From Flavobacteriales bacterium (lineage in GTDB: Bacteria; Bacteroidota; Bacteroidia; Flavobacteriales_D; Sanyastnellaceae), in assembly GCA_044348775.1 (NCBI GenBank), contig JBIKSC010000001.1, positions 1 to 42,289 of the forward strand: 42,289 nucleotides of DNA. Reading direction: 5' to 3'. A model generated the notes under the pieces. It was given only the letters and a program-made list of their open reading frames with translations. It was not told the origin of the DNA and did not search any database. Position 1 is the stretch's first letter. Every line of letters starts with the position of its first letter. Positions 1 to 9,218 of the stretch are shown here, piece after piece. The position numbers and the translations under genes are program-made.

Positions 1-102
1 GAGGAATCATTTCGGTGGGTGAAGCTTAGCAGCATTCGTGAAGACATGTTTCATTTTGCTGCGGATAAGAAGGTGGCGGGGATGCTGAAACAAGGATTAT
101 AG
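1..102 (+). CDS. 3' end of an unidentified CDS (partial, runs off the window start)
   Basis: Frame 1 is open from base 1 (EESFRWVKLSSIREDMFHFAADKKVAGMLKQGL) to the TAG at 100-102. No family was recognised. Confidence 0.35.
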   Translation, partial: EESFRWVKLSSIREDMFHFAADKKVAGMLKQGL

Positions 103-132
103 GAGTGCAGGATTGTAGGATTATAGGGAGGC
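93..132 (+). repeat. Tandem 8-nt repeat, 5 units (AGGATTAT, AGGAGTGC, AGGATTGT, AGGATTAT, AGGGAGGC), overlapping the stop codon of the partial upstream CDS
   Basis: Read directly from the sequence with an exact 8-nt period. TAG triplets occur at 100, 116 and 124. Confidence 0.8.
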
Positions 133-137
133 CTAAC

Positions 138-165
138 TTTCAACCTTCAACTTTCAATTTTCAAC
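138..165 (-). repeat. Tandem heptamer repeat, 4 units (plus strand TTTCAAC, CTTCAAC, TTTCAAT, TTTCAAC; minus strand RTTGAAR), starting 8 nt after the stop of the 173..748 gene
   Basis: Read directly with an exact 7-nt period. Each unit carries TGA on the minus strand, so all three frames are closed. Confidence 0.8.
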
Positions 166-172
166 CAATGCA

Positions 173-748
173 TTACATGGCCAATCTGCGCATCACATGC
201 CGCTCAACCGACTCGAACAATTGATCCGGATTCATCGTCCGCCACTTCACTTCGTTGAGTTTTCCGCCTGATACAAAATAGCGATCGATGTTGGCATCGC
301 CCATATCGGCGAGCACATGATCACGCGCATTCATGAGCGCTATCCATCCATCGCTTTCATTCACTTCCTCAAACCACTCTTCGTAGTAACTGTCATCTGA
401 AAAGTGAAAGTTCAAGATATTTTCTCCTATGAGGATGAACTTCGAGACGCCCTCTTGTATCATAAGTTCAACAACCTCTCGCTTCAAAAACATGATATCG
501 TTATAGAGCAAATCGTTCCACTCGCCTATCAACTCAATGATGGCAAAACCATTTTCGTAGTGACAATAGAGCACCTTCATGAACAGTGTTTGGCTGCCGA
601 AGCTATCCCACTGAGGATGGATGTAGTAGTTATAAATCTTGGATGAAAACTCGAACTCCGAATACTCGCGCTCGAAGAACGGCGAATACGGATCTTCCGC
701 TGCCACATAGTAGCCACGCCAGTTGTAGTATGGTTCGATATCGTGCAT
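173..748 (-). CDS. Hypothetical protein, possibly with a STAS-like fold, coupled to murQ
   Basis: 191-aa ORF that starts 2 nt after the murQ stop. The central stretch AIIELIGEWNDLLYNDIMFLKREVVELMIQEGVSKFILIGENILNF loosely resembles anti-sigma-antagonist/STAS layouts. No firm family assignment. Confidence 0.6.
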   Translation of the reverse strand: MHDIEPYYNWRGYYVAAEDPYSPFFEREYSEFEFSSKIYNYYIHPQWDSFGSQTLFMKVLYCHYENGFAIIELIGEWNDLLYNDIMFLKREVVELMIQEGVSKFILIGENILNFHFSDDSYYEEWFEEVNESDGWIALMNARDHVLADMGDANIDRYFVSGGKLNEVKWRTMNPDQLFESVERHVMRRLAM

Positions 749-750
749 GG

Positions 751-1602
751 TTACTTCACATTCGCATGATCGACCGCCTTGCGCACGCTGCCGTGTTCGA
801 GCAACAAACGCTGCGCTTCTTCTTCCGATAATCCTGTTTGCTGCATCACCATGGCAGTGCCGCGATGCACCAGTTTGCGATTGCTAAGTTGCATGTCGAC
901 CATCTTATTGCCACGCACTCTGCCGAGTTGAATCATGACACTGGTGGAAAGCATATTGAGCACAAGCTTCTGCGCCGTGCCGCTCTTCATGCGTGTGCTG
1001 CCCGTAACAAACTCAGGACCTACAACTACCTCCACCGGAAAGTCTGCCACTTGTGTAACAGCCGAACCTGCGTTACATGTGATGCATCCTGTGGTGATTC
1101 CGGCTTCCCGGCACTTCGTCAATGCACCTACCACATATGGCGTTCCACCCGATGCAGCGATACCCACTACTACATCGGCAGCGGTGATGGTATGCTCTTG
1201 CAAATCGAGCCAGCCCTGCTCGCGATTGTCTTCCGCAAATTCAACAGGATAACGAATGGCACGATCACCACCCGCAATCAAACCAACAACGAGACCATGC
1301 TCCACACCATACGTTGGCGGACATTCAGAGGCATCAACTACGCCCAATCGACCACTGGTGCCGGCACCGAGATAAAACAAGCGTCCGCCGGCCTTCATGC
1401 GTTCTGCTGTCGCTGTAACCAACTTTTCGATTTGTGGAATAGCGCGCTCCACGGCTAATGGAACCGACTGGTCTTCCTTGTTGATGCTCACCAGCAATTC
1501 ATGCACGCTCATCTCCTCCAGCCGATCGTAATGGCTGTCGCTCTCTGTTGTAGGCTTCATGATTTCATTTTGCTCAAATGTATCGTAGCGTTTTTCGATC
1601 AA
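751..1602 (-). CDS. murQ: N-acetylmuramic acid 6-phosphate etherase (SIS domain)
   Basis: The motif LFYLGAGTSGRLGVVDASECPPTYGV and the following GIAASGGTPYV are characteristic of MurQ. An alternative start is at 1560 (MKPTTES). Confidence 0.85.
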   Translation of the reverse strand: MIEKRYDTFEQNEIMKPTTESDSHYDRLEEMSVHELLVSINKEDQSVPLAVERAIPQIEKLVTATAERMKAGGRLFYLGAGTSGRLGVVDASECPPTYGVEHGLVVGLIAGGDRAIRYPVEFAEDNREQGWLDLQEHTITAADVVVGIAASGGTPYVVGALTKCREAGITTGCITCNAGSAVTQVADFPVEVVVGPEFVTGSTRMKSGTAQKLVLNMLSTSVMIQLGRVRGNKMVDMQLSNRKLVHRGTAMVMQQTGLSEEEAQRLLLEHGSVRKAVDHANVK

Positions 1603-1690
1603 ATAAAAATCAAAGACAATTTTTTACACGGCTTGCGTTAAAAAAGCCGCATTTATCCGTTCCTAGAACTATTTAAACCCGACTTACCTT

Positions 1691-3322
1691 GTGAACCTAT
1701 TTAAGACTATGCTTCGAATCACTCTTTGCACCCTTGCCATACTGATCGTGACCGGAATGGCTGCTCAAAAAGACTCTTCACGCGTGGGGCTTTTTGACGC
1801 CGCACTTTCTACACCTCGCATCATGGCCGCGCGCCATGAATTCAACGACAACAATATGCGCGGCGCAATGCTCATCTACCGCGAAGTATTACAATCGGAT
1901 GCCAACAATGCTGCAGCGCTCTATGGCACTTCTGAATGCTATTACAACCTGAAGAAATACAAGTTGGCGCTTGAATATCTTAACAAAGCACTCGAAAAGG
2001 AACCTTCCATTTCATCCGAATCAGATTTCTTTCGAGGGCAGATTTATCACCGTACCGCCAAGCTCGACGACGCCATTGCTGCGTTTGATACTTTTCTCGC
2101 AAAAGAAAAACCCAGCACCTACGAATACGAACTCGCCACGCAGTATCGACTGCAATGCCTGTATGCCCGCGACATGATGAAAAAACCGGTTGACGTTTCT
2201 ATTGAAAACATGGGCAACCTCATCAACTCACGCTACGACGAATACACGCCGAGCATCAGTGCCGATGGCAACACCATTGTCTTCACTGCTCGTCGCAACG
2301 ACACGAAAGGCGGACGCATGGATGAAGAAGGCGATTACAAGTATTTTGAAGACATCTATTACAGCAATTATGATGAGACCACCAAAGAATGGTCGCAGAG
2401 CATTGCAGTGGAGGGCGAACTGAATACAGAAACTTACGACGCAGTGCTGAGCATTTTCCCTTCGGGCAATGGAATGTACGTTTACAAAAACACGGTTTCG
2501 AGCACCGGTGATATTTACTTCAGTGAATACAGACCAGGCACGAAGGAATGGTCGGCTGCGCAAAAAATGCCACGCCCCATCAACACTTCGTACTTTGAAG
2601 GATCCATCTCGATGACAGCCGATGGTACTACAGTGTACTTCGTGAGCGAACGCCCGGAAGGTGAAGGCCAGGGTGACATTTACGTTGCCACCAAGAAAGG
2701 CGAAAGCTGGACCAGCCCGAAAAACTTAGGTGCTGTTGTAAATACAGACCTCGACGAGAAGTTCGTCTTCATTCACCCCAATGGCAAAACACTGTTCTTC
2801 GCCAGCAACGGCCATCAAACCATGGGCAGCTACGACATCTTCAAAACAGAATATGTCAACGGAGAATGGAGCGTGCCCATCAATCTGGGCTATCCAATCA
2901 ATACCGTCAATGAAGAGTCAACCTTCTCTCTCACGAAAGACAACAAAACGCTCATGATAGCGGCTGAGTATGAAGACAGTTTCGGTGAGCGCGACATTTA
3001 CAAAATTGACGTGTCTAAGTATGAATTGCTATCCGGCGATTATGCAAAAAGCACAGCGGGACAAATCCTCGTTTCGTGTACCTATATGGCAGGAGAACCG
3101 GCAAAAAATGTTCTTATCGAAGCTTACTACGTTTCGAACAACAAACTTGTGACAAGCGTAGAAACCGATAAAGCGGGCCGTGCAAAATTGAATTTACCCG
3201 GAAACGAAACCTATAAGATTGTTACGAGCATCGACGATTTCAAAGACGAAAAAGTCATTGACCTAAAGCTGCGAAACGACGGCGAGACAGTCATTAAACA
3301 TGACGTTCAAATCACTCGTTAA
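1691..3322 (+). CDS. Secreted TPR plus PD40/TolB-like beta-propeller repeat protein with a C-terminal carboxypeptidase-regulatory-like domain
   Basis: It has a signal peptide (LCTLAILIVTGMAAQ), TPR-like repeats (AAALYGTSECYYNLKKYKLALEYLNKAL) and repeated 'YDEYTPSISADGNTIVF / SISMTADGTTVYFVSER / FIHPNGKTLFFASN' PD40 signatures. The start is GTG at 1691 or ATG at 1709. Confidence 0.75.
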   Translation: MNLFKTMLRITLCTLAILIVTGMAAQKDSSRVGLFDAALSTPRIMAARHEFNDNNMRGAMLIYREVLQSDANNAAALYGTSECYYNLKKYKLALEYLNKALEKEPSISSESDFFRGQIYHRTAKLDDAIAAFDTFLAKEKPSTYEYELATQYRLQCLYARDMMKKPVDVSIENMGNLINSRYDEYTPSISADGNTIVFTARRNDTKGGRMDEEGDYKYFEDIYYSNYDETTKEWSQSIAVEGELNTETYDAVLSIFPSGNGMYVYKNTVSSTGDIYFSEYRPGTKEWSAAQKMPRPINTSYFEGSISMTADGTTVYFVSERPEGEGQGDIYVATKKGESWTSPKNLGAVVNTDLDEKFVFIHPNGKTLFFASNGHQTMGSYDIFKTEYVNGEWSVPINLGYPINTVNEESTFSLTKDNKTLMIAAEYEDSFGERDIYKIDVSKYELLSGDYAKSTAGQILVSCTYMAGEPAKNVLIEAYYVSNNKLVTSVETDKAGRAKLNLPGNETYKIVTSIDDFKDEKVIDLKLRNDGETVIKHDVQITR

Positions 3323-5760
3323 TCGCGCTTCAATTGTTTGTAAAGGATGGTTGAAAACTCTGTTTTACTGCGAGTCTTCGGGTCGTATGCTGAGTAGGAA
3401 GCTTTGTATGGAATGACGGCCATATCACTTTTCGCAATGATCTTCTGAACTCGCTTGTATTCCGGATTAGCCTGGCCGGGATAACTGATGCGCACTTCAA
3501 TCACGAGATTTTCGGGCGATTCAATTCCGAGGTCCTCTAGCAAGATGGAGTGAATCATTCGTGAACCATAGGAGATAGTACAATCCATTTTAGACGATTG
3601 ATAATTCGCTGCATCCTTGCTTCGCAGCTTGGCATTGGGCTCGCCCTGAAAAGTAGTTCCATCATAGATTGCGTAGTCGAGCTCCATCTTATCGGTGTCG
3701 ATGTGCGAATCGGATATCCACCAAATTTGCAATTCATCACCATTGGTTGTGCAGGAAATAAGTTGCGGCGCATAAACGGTTTTCAATGCTTCATGCAGCA
3801 ACTTGGGCGTGCCCTTGTAATCGATACTACTCCAACTAAAAGAAGGCCACACATCGTTGAGTTGCCAGAAAAGCGACCCCATGCAATTCGGCATGGCTCT
3901 GCGCTGTGCTTCGATGCCCATCATCATGCCTTCCGCCTGCACAACCTGTGTCATCTCTCCATACACCTTATAATCGTCGGGGCTTACCGGTTCATACCAG
4001 TTGTTCATATATTTCTCCATCAATGAAAAACCACGCGAGTGCTTTTGATGTTGCGCAACTCCTGCATCACTCATGCTGAACTCGTCCTCTTCGAACATCT
4101 CCATCAACACTTCTTCGGAAGGATAACTCTGCATGCCAAACTCGCTCATGAAACGCGGCACTTTTGTCTGTAACACTTCGAAAGGCTCTTCATCGTGCCA
4201 TACGCCCCAGTAGTGAGAGTCGCCTTCGTTTATACTACGAGCATCACCGCGACCCAATCGGGGTGAGCTTTCCCAATAATTTGTTTTTGAAAACTGCCCT
4301 ACAATACTCGGCAAGAGCTTCTTAAACACATCATCATATCCCTTCTGAAGTATCTCTGTCTGCTCATTGGTCAAACCTGACTTCCATCCCCAACGTTCCC
4401 ACCCTTCTGAGTTCTCATTGTTGCCGCACCAAAGTGAAATACACGGATGATTGCGCAATCGTTTCACCTGCTCAACCGCTTCCGCTGCAACATTCTGAAG
4501 AAACGCCTCATCGCCGGGATACATGCTGCATGCAAACATGAAATCTTGCCACACCAGTATGCCATTCTGATCGCACAAATCATAAAACAATTCATCTTCG
4601 TAAACGCCACCACCCCACACACGCAGCATGTTGATGTGCGCGTCTTTGCATTGCTGAATAAGCTGTCTATAATCGGCCTCTGTGGCCTCACCCGGAAAGT
4701 AGCGCACTGGAATATAGTTGGCGCCCTTCATGAAAACAGGCTGTCCATTGAGTTGAAAATAGAACGACTCACCGATGGAATCGCGCTCGGTAATTAGACG
4801 AATATCACGCACACCGATAAGTTCCTCCCTGCGCTGCAAAGGAAAGTCATCTTCGAGTAATTCAACATCGAACGCATACAAACTAGGATTCCCCTGACCA
4901 TTGCACCACCAAAGCATCGGATAAAGAATGGAGATGGGAATGCGCACCTCTGATTGCCCGGGCACATCAAATTGAATTTCTTCCGACCAACTTCCAGTGA
5001 AATTCTTCAACGTTACACGCAATTGAAGTTTCGCTGGTTTGGTAGCTTCAACGGTTGCATGAAGAAGCAACTCAGCCTTCGAGTCATTTACGGACACTTG
5101 CTCGAAGTAAACATCTGTCATTCGAGCCTCATCGTATGCAATCCACTCCACCGATTTTGTTATACCGCATGTAACCAAACGCGGCCCCCAATCCCAACCG
5201 AAATGAAACTGTGGTTTGCGAACTACAGCGCGAACAGAGTCACCGGGCAAGGGATAAGACAACGATCTCAACGCTTCCTGAGCACGCTCAACAGCAGAAT
5301 CAAACTCTATTCGCAACACATTTCCTTCAGCCTTTAGAACTGACTTTACATCGACTTCCCAAGAGCGATGGGCATTGTTGGAGGTTAAAACATCTACTCC
5401 ATTTAACTGCACTTGCGCATACGTGTCGAGCCCATTAAAACGCAACGCTATTTTACTTTTCGAAAAGATGTCTATCGGAACTGCAAACGGTAACGTTTCG
5501 TAGACCCACGACTTTTTCTCTACCCATTGACAGTCGGCTTCATTTGTTCCATAAAACGGATGATCGATTTTTCCGGCACGAATTAAATCAGTGTGCACGC
5601 AACCCGGAACCGCGGCAGAAACCCATTCGCTAGCTCGCATCTTACCTGAACCATGCTCACCTACACGCCAAGAAGCTTGAAAAGGAAGTTGAACGATTTG
5701 GGCTGAAATCGCTTGTGCAATTAGAGATAGTAAGAAAAATAGAATTCGAAACATGGACAC
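3319..5760 (-). CDS. Glycoside hydrolase family 2, beta-mannosidase-like, secreted
   Basis: 813 aa with a signal peptide (FFLLSLIAQAISAQ). It shows the GH2 beta-mannosidase-type motifs LWWCNGQG, GANYIP, WCGNNENSEGW (acid/base region) and MSEFGMQSYP (nucleophile region). Confidence 0.8.
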   Translation of the reverse strand: MSMFRILFFLLSLIAQAISAQIVQLPFQASWRVGEHGSGKMRASEWVSAAVPGCVHTDLIRAGKIDHPFYGTNEADCQWVEKKSWVYETLPFAVPIDIFSKSKIALRFNGLDTYAQVQLNGVDVLTSNNAHRSWEVDVKSVLKAEGNVLRIEFDSAVERAQEALRSLSYPLPGDSVRAVVRKPQFHFGWDWGPRLVTCGITKSVEWIAYDEARMTDVYFEQVSVNDSKAELLLHATVEATKPAKLQLRVTLKNFTGSWSEEIQFDVPGQSEVRIPISILYPMLWWCNGQGNPSLYAFDVELLEDDFPLQRREELIGVRDIRLITERDSIGESFYFQLNGQPVFMKGANYIPVRYFPGEATEADYRQLIQQCKDAHINMLRVWGGGVYEDELFYDLCDQNGILVWQDFMFACSMYPGDEAFLQNVAAEAVEQVKRLRNHPCISLWCGNNENSEGWERWGWKSGLTNEQTEILQKGYDDVFKKLLPSIVGQFSKTNYWESSPRLGRGDARSINEGDSHYWGVWHDEEPFEVLQTKVPRFMSEFGMQSYPSEEVLMEMFEEDEFSMSDAGVAQHQKHSRGFSLMEKYMNNWYEPVSPDDYKVYGEMTQVVQAEGMMMGIEAQRRAMPNCMGSLFWQLNDVWPSFSWSSIDYKGTPKLLHEALKTVYAPQLISCTTNGDELQIWWISDSHIDTDKMELDYAIYDGTTFQGEPNAKLRSKDAANYQSSKMDCTISYGSRMIHSILLEDLGIESPENLVIEVRISYPGQANPEYKRVQKIIAKSDMAVIPYKASYSAYDPKTRSKTEFSTILYKQLKRD

Positions 5761-5793
5761 AAGATACTATCGAGCAAGATCAAATTGGTAATG

Positions 5794-6999
5794 CTATTCG
5801 TGGATAAATCCAACCAGTCTTTGAGCAAGATGAGCATACGTGTGATGTTGCATCACAAATCGATATCCATTCATCCCCAAACGATCCATTTCACTTTTAT
5901 CCGTTTTGGCTGCCTCTTGTATGGCGGTAGCAATTTGCAACGCGTCAGCAGCTTCTACGGTCCAACCACAGTTAGCCTCATCAACCGGTTTATTTCCTGA
6001 GTCTATTGCATAAAGCACAGGGCGTTGAGCTAGCATATAATCAAATAATTTATTAGGTGAAACACCAAAGCGAAAAAGGCTTTCGCGCTCCAATCCAATG
6101 TAACAGAGCGTAAACTTTTTGAGCATTGCTAAGAATTCACGCTTCTCAACAGGCGGAAGAAAGTGGACATTGCTCAAACCACTTGCTTGATGCTTGAGCG
6201 CATCGAGCTGATCGCCTTTTCCAACGCAAACGAAGTGAATACTCTTCTCGTCCCTGAGCAAATGGGCCGCATCTATTAAATAGCGCAATGCGTTGGCCTT
6301 ACCAATACTTCCTCCATAACCCACTACAAAATCTGTGTCCGCAATAGACGCCGGCCAGTTGGAAGTTTCATGGACCTCCGTAATATCGCCTTCTACACCA
6401 TTTGGGAGATAGCGAAAGTTCTTCGCAGGCATTCCTCCTTCTTCATAATGTCTGCTCGCATTAGGTAACAAGGAAACAACTAAATCCGACTTTCGATACG
6501 CAAGACACTCGAAGTATCGCATGAACAAAACGAGCGGGTGATACCGAGATAAGTTGCCAAGCTCTTGTAAGGTGAGCGGCCAGATATCACGCACTTCAAA
6601 AAAGACCTTGCATTTGAAACGTCGCTTCCATTTCAATGCAGCTACTATAGGCAGCATGGATGGCGACGAAACAACGACGGCATCCGGCGTAGGAAGTGAA
6701 CGAACATCGAGACGAAGAATATTCCACGCAAATACCAGCATATTCCAAAATCGGCCTATGGAAATAGATTTAGCATACTTCGGATTTTTCACCCACACAT
6801 AATCAACGCCATCAATCTGCTGTGATTGGCCATTCGTTGAAACTTCGGGTGGATGACGATACAGATGTGAAAACGAACCGGAAATAATAACTGCTCGATG
6901 CCCTTGATCATGAAGTGCCTTCGACAATTGGAAATGTCGGTATTGCATACCTACTCCCGGACCTCCTGCATATTGCGACACAAACCAGATTGTTTTCAT
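5794..6999 (-). CDS. Glycosyltransferase family 4 (WbuB-like)
   Basis: The N-terminus MKTIWFVSQYAGGPGVGMQYRHFQLSKAL and the overall GT-B layout are typical of WbuB-like GT4 enzymes. The ORF is open to 7050, and alternative ATG starts are at 7005 and 7050. Confidence 0.75.
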   Translation of the reverse strand: MKTIWFVSQYAGGPGVGMQYRHFQLSKALHDQGHRAVIISGSFSHLYRHPPEVSTNGQSQQIDGVDYVWVKNPKYAKSISIGRFWNMLVFAWNILRLDVRSLPTPDAVVVSSPSMLPIVAALKWKRRFKCKVFFEVRDIWPLTLQELGNLSRYHPLVLFMRYFECLAYRKSDLVVSLLPNASRHYEEGGMPAKNFRYLPNGVEGDITEVHETSNWPASIADTDFVVGYGGSIGKANALRYLIDAAHLLRDEKSIHFVCVGKGDQLDALKHQASGLSNVHFLPPVEKREFLAMLKKFTLCYIGLERESLFRFGVSPNKLFDYMLAQRPVLYAIDSGNKPVDEANCGWTVEAADALQIATAIQEAAKTDKSEMDRLGMNGYRFVMQHHTYAHLAQRLVGFIHE

Positions 7000-7059
7000 T
7001 TCCATTAAATCATATTTTTCTGAACAGCGAAAAGCGCTGTGGACCTGCAACGTCTATCA

Positions 7060-8181
7060 TCACTCAACTAAACTCTTATACAACGCCAACAAATTATCCG
7101 CCTGGCTTTCCCATGAATACCTGGCAACTACCTGGTGACGTGCGCGCTCTACCATGGCATGCACCTCTTCACTGTTAGTCATCAAAAAGGTGAGCTTCTC
7201 AGCGATATCAGCACTGTCCTCCGTGCGACAAAGGACACCCAACTTCTCATCTTCTATAAATTGATACACCGCAAAACGTGGAGCGATGAAAGGAATGCCC
7301 AGCGACATGTATTCAAACACCTTGGTCGATATAGAGCGTGTATAATTCGGCAAGGGCTTCAGCAAGCTAATTGCGATGGCGCATTTTTCTGCCATTCTAT
7401 AAGCTTCAAACACCGGTAACCTTCCGTAGAAATGAATACGATCTTTCACTTCTTTGTACTCCATCATTTCATCCAATCGATCCAGCAACCCTTCCTCCAT
7501 CGGACCTACTGCATGCAATTGATAAAAGTGATTTCGTTGCTTCAGGAGATAAATTGCTTGCACAATTTCAATAAAACAACGCCCCTCCGAAACCAGCCCA
7601 ACGTAGAGAATCCCATCCTTCTCAGCGCGATTTTGCGAAACCACATTCAACTTTCGAAGAGCATCGACCTGCGGATAATTCAGCACTGTAACAGGCGTTA
7701 CACCGTAGGCAGTAAACGTGGGTGTAAATGAATCGGCGGCAATAACAATTGAAAACGAACGCGCACTAATGCGCTCCACAATTCCATACAGAAAACGTAT
7801 GGTCTTCGGAAAACGCAGCCAGGGTTTATCTTCTATCTGCGCTCGTAAATTCTCGTGAACATCATAAACGACTTTTTTACCAAACATACGCAGCACCAAT
7901 CCGACCCAAATCAACTCGGGATCGTGAAAGTGCACTATGCTTGGCTTTTCTCGAAGAGCTCCTCGCAGTATACGCCAAGCTACTACCGTGGCCCGGTACA
8001 TTCTACTCGCCCTCGTATTCGTGACTACTACCAACTTCACTCCCTGATAATATCCATGTGTTCCATTTCCGGCAATAAGCACAACCTCGATTCCTGCTTG
8101 CACCAACGTGCAACATTCCTTGTAGAAGATACGCGTATCGTCCCAGCGATGAACGCTTGTTATGTGACAAACCTTCTTCAT
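7060..8181 (-). CDS. Glycosyltransferase family 4 / group 1
   Basis: MKKVCHITSVHRWDDTRIFYKE and HFHDPEL motifs at the N-terminus, with a GT-B C-terminal half (EGLLDRL..FYGRL). Its start overlaps the upstream gene by 4 nt. Confidence 0.75.
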   Translation of the reverse strand: MKKVCHITSVHRWDDTRIFYKECCTLVQAGIEVVLIAGNGTHGYYQGVKLVVVTNTRASRMYRATVVAWRILRGALREKPSIVHFHDPELIWVGLVLRMFGKKVVYDVHENLRAQIEDKPWLRFPKTIRFLYGIVERISARSFSIVIAADSFTPTFTAYGVTPVTVLNYPQVDALRKLNVVSQNRAEKDGILYVGLVSEGRCFIEIVQAIYLLKQRNHFYQLHAVGPMEEGLLDRLDEMMEYKEVKDRIHFYGRLPVFEAYRMAEKCAIAISLLKPLPNYTRSISTKVFEYMSLGIPFIAPRFAVYQFIEDEKLGVLCRTEDSADIAEKLTFLMTNSEEVHAMVERARHQVVARYSWESQADNLLALYKSLVE

Positions 8182-9218
8182 GATAACTTTAACGCACGTT
8201 TATACAGTTCGATAAATTTCGCGCGGTTCACCTCTTTAGTAGCCTTCTCTTCTATGAGTTTACTATTGAATATGCGTGCCTGCATTTCATCCAATGGCTT
8301 TCTGTTAGACATAAACGAATTCGCTGAAGGGTCTACAATCCATCCGTTCAACCCATCTTGAATCCATTCGCGATTGGCAGGTAAATCGGACACAATCGGA
8401 ATGCAGCCATGAGCCATCGCTTCCAACAAACTGATGCTGGTAGCATCGGAGTCGGGAATCGACACCCAGTATTTTGCTTTGGCATACCATCGCGCATTCT
8501 CCTCTTTGGATAACCATCCGACAAATTCAACCGCATTTGATACTTCTAAGGATTCGGCAAGACTTTTCAGTTGACTAGTCTCTTCTCCTGTTGCCGCAAT
8601 TACCAGTCGCCATCCTGCATGCTTCGGGTGCTGCATAAAATCAGCAAAGGAGCGAATGATGCGATCAACGTTGTACAACTTTTTGTGAAGACGATTAGAG
8701 TAGAAAACATTCTCTTTTTCTGCACTTATCTCAACCCGGTCAATGCCGAAGTTCGCAAGAACGATGTTGTTCTTAGGCCTCGCAATTTTTCGCATTTCCT
8801 CAGCCATGAAGGACGAATCGGATGTGAGGTAGTCGGCTTTCTTCAAACAATAGCTTACAATTTTTCGCATCAACCGATTGCGATTAGGTGCCACCAGAAT
8901 GTCGCTTCCCCAAGCAGTAATCACTACAGGAATCTTCAATCCACGGGTTGCGATCAACGTATAAAGCGCATAGCTGTTTACCTGATGCACATGTATGACA
9001 TCCGGACGCAATCGCATTATTTCTTTGCGAATTATTCTGCATGTGCTGACCAGTGATGACAACCGATAGGAAAAATCGGCAGCAAACATGCGTTCATTTC
9101 TGCCTTGGCGAACTTCGTTGGTGATGATGGTTACGTCATCAAAGAATCCACTTACCAAATCGAGGTATGTGTATATGTGAATCGTATTAGAACCCACCAA
9201 AAGAAGTCGTTTGCTCAT
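8178..9218 (-). CDS. Glycosyltransferase group 1
   Basis: LLLVGSNTIHIYTYL...IHVHQVNSYA...ITAWGSDIL at the N-terminus and a C-terminal GT1 E-x7-E-like region (SISLLEAMAHGCIPIVSD). It has 4-nt overlaps on both sides. Confidence 0.75.
   Translation of the reverse strand: MSKRLLLVGSNTIHIYTYLDLVSGFFDDVTIITNEVRQGRNERMFAADFSYRLSSLVSTCRIIRKEIMRLRPDVIHVHQVNSYALYTLIATRGLKIPVVITAWGSDILVAPNRNRLMRKIVSYCLKKADYLTSDSSFMAEEMRKIARPKNNIVLANFGIDRVEISAEKENVFYSNRLHKKLYNVDRIIRSFADFMQHPKHAGWRLVIAATGEETSQLKSLAESLEVSNAVEFVGWLSKEENARWYAKAKYWVSIPDSDATSISLLEAMAHGCIPIVSDLPANREWIQDGLNGWIVDPSANSFMSNRKPLDEMQARIFNSKLIEEKATKEVNRAKFIELYKRALKLS

Noticed and set aside
732-740. GGTTCGATA, a T-loop-like string that could hint at a tRNA
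   Set aside because: It lies inside the 173..748 CDS, and no acceptor or anticodon stems can be drawn around it. I found no tRNA, rRNA, tmRNA, RNase P or SRP RNA signatures anywhere in the window.
838-1458. 206-aa and 105-aa plus-strand ORFs antisense to murQ
   Set aside because: They are shadow ORFs inside a confidently assigned MurQ gene, with no motifs.
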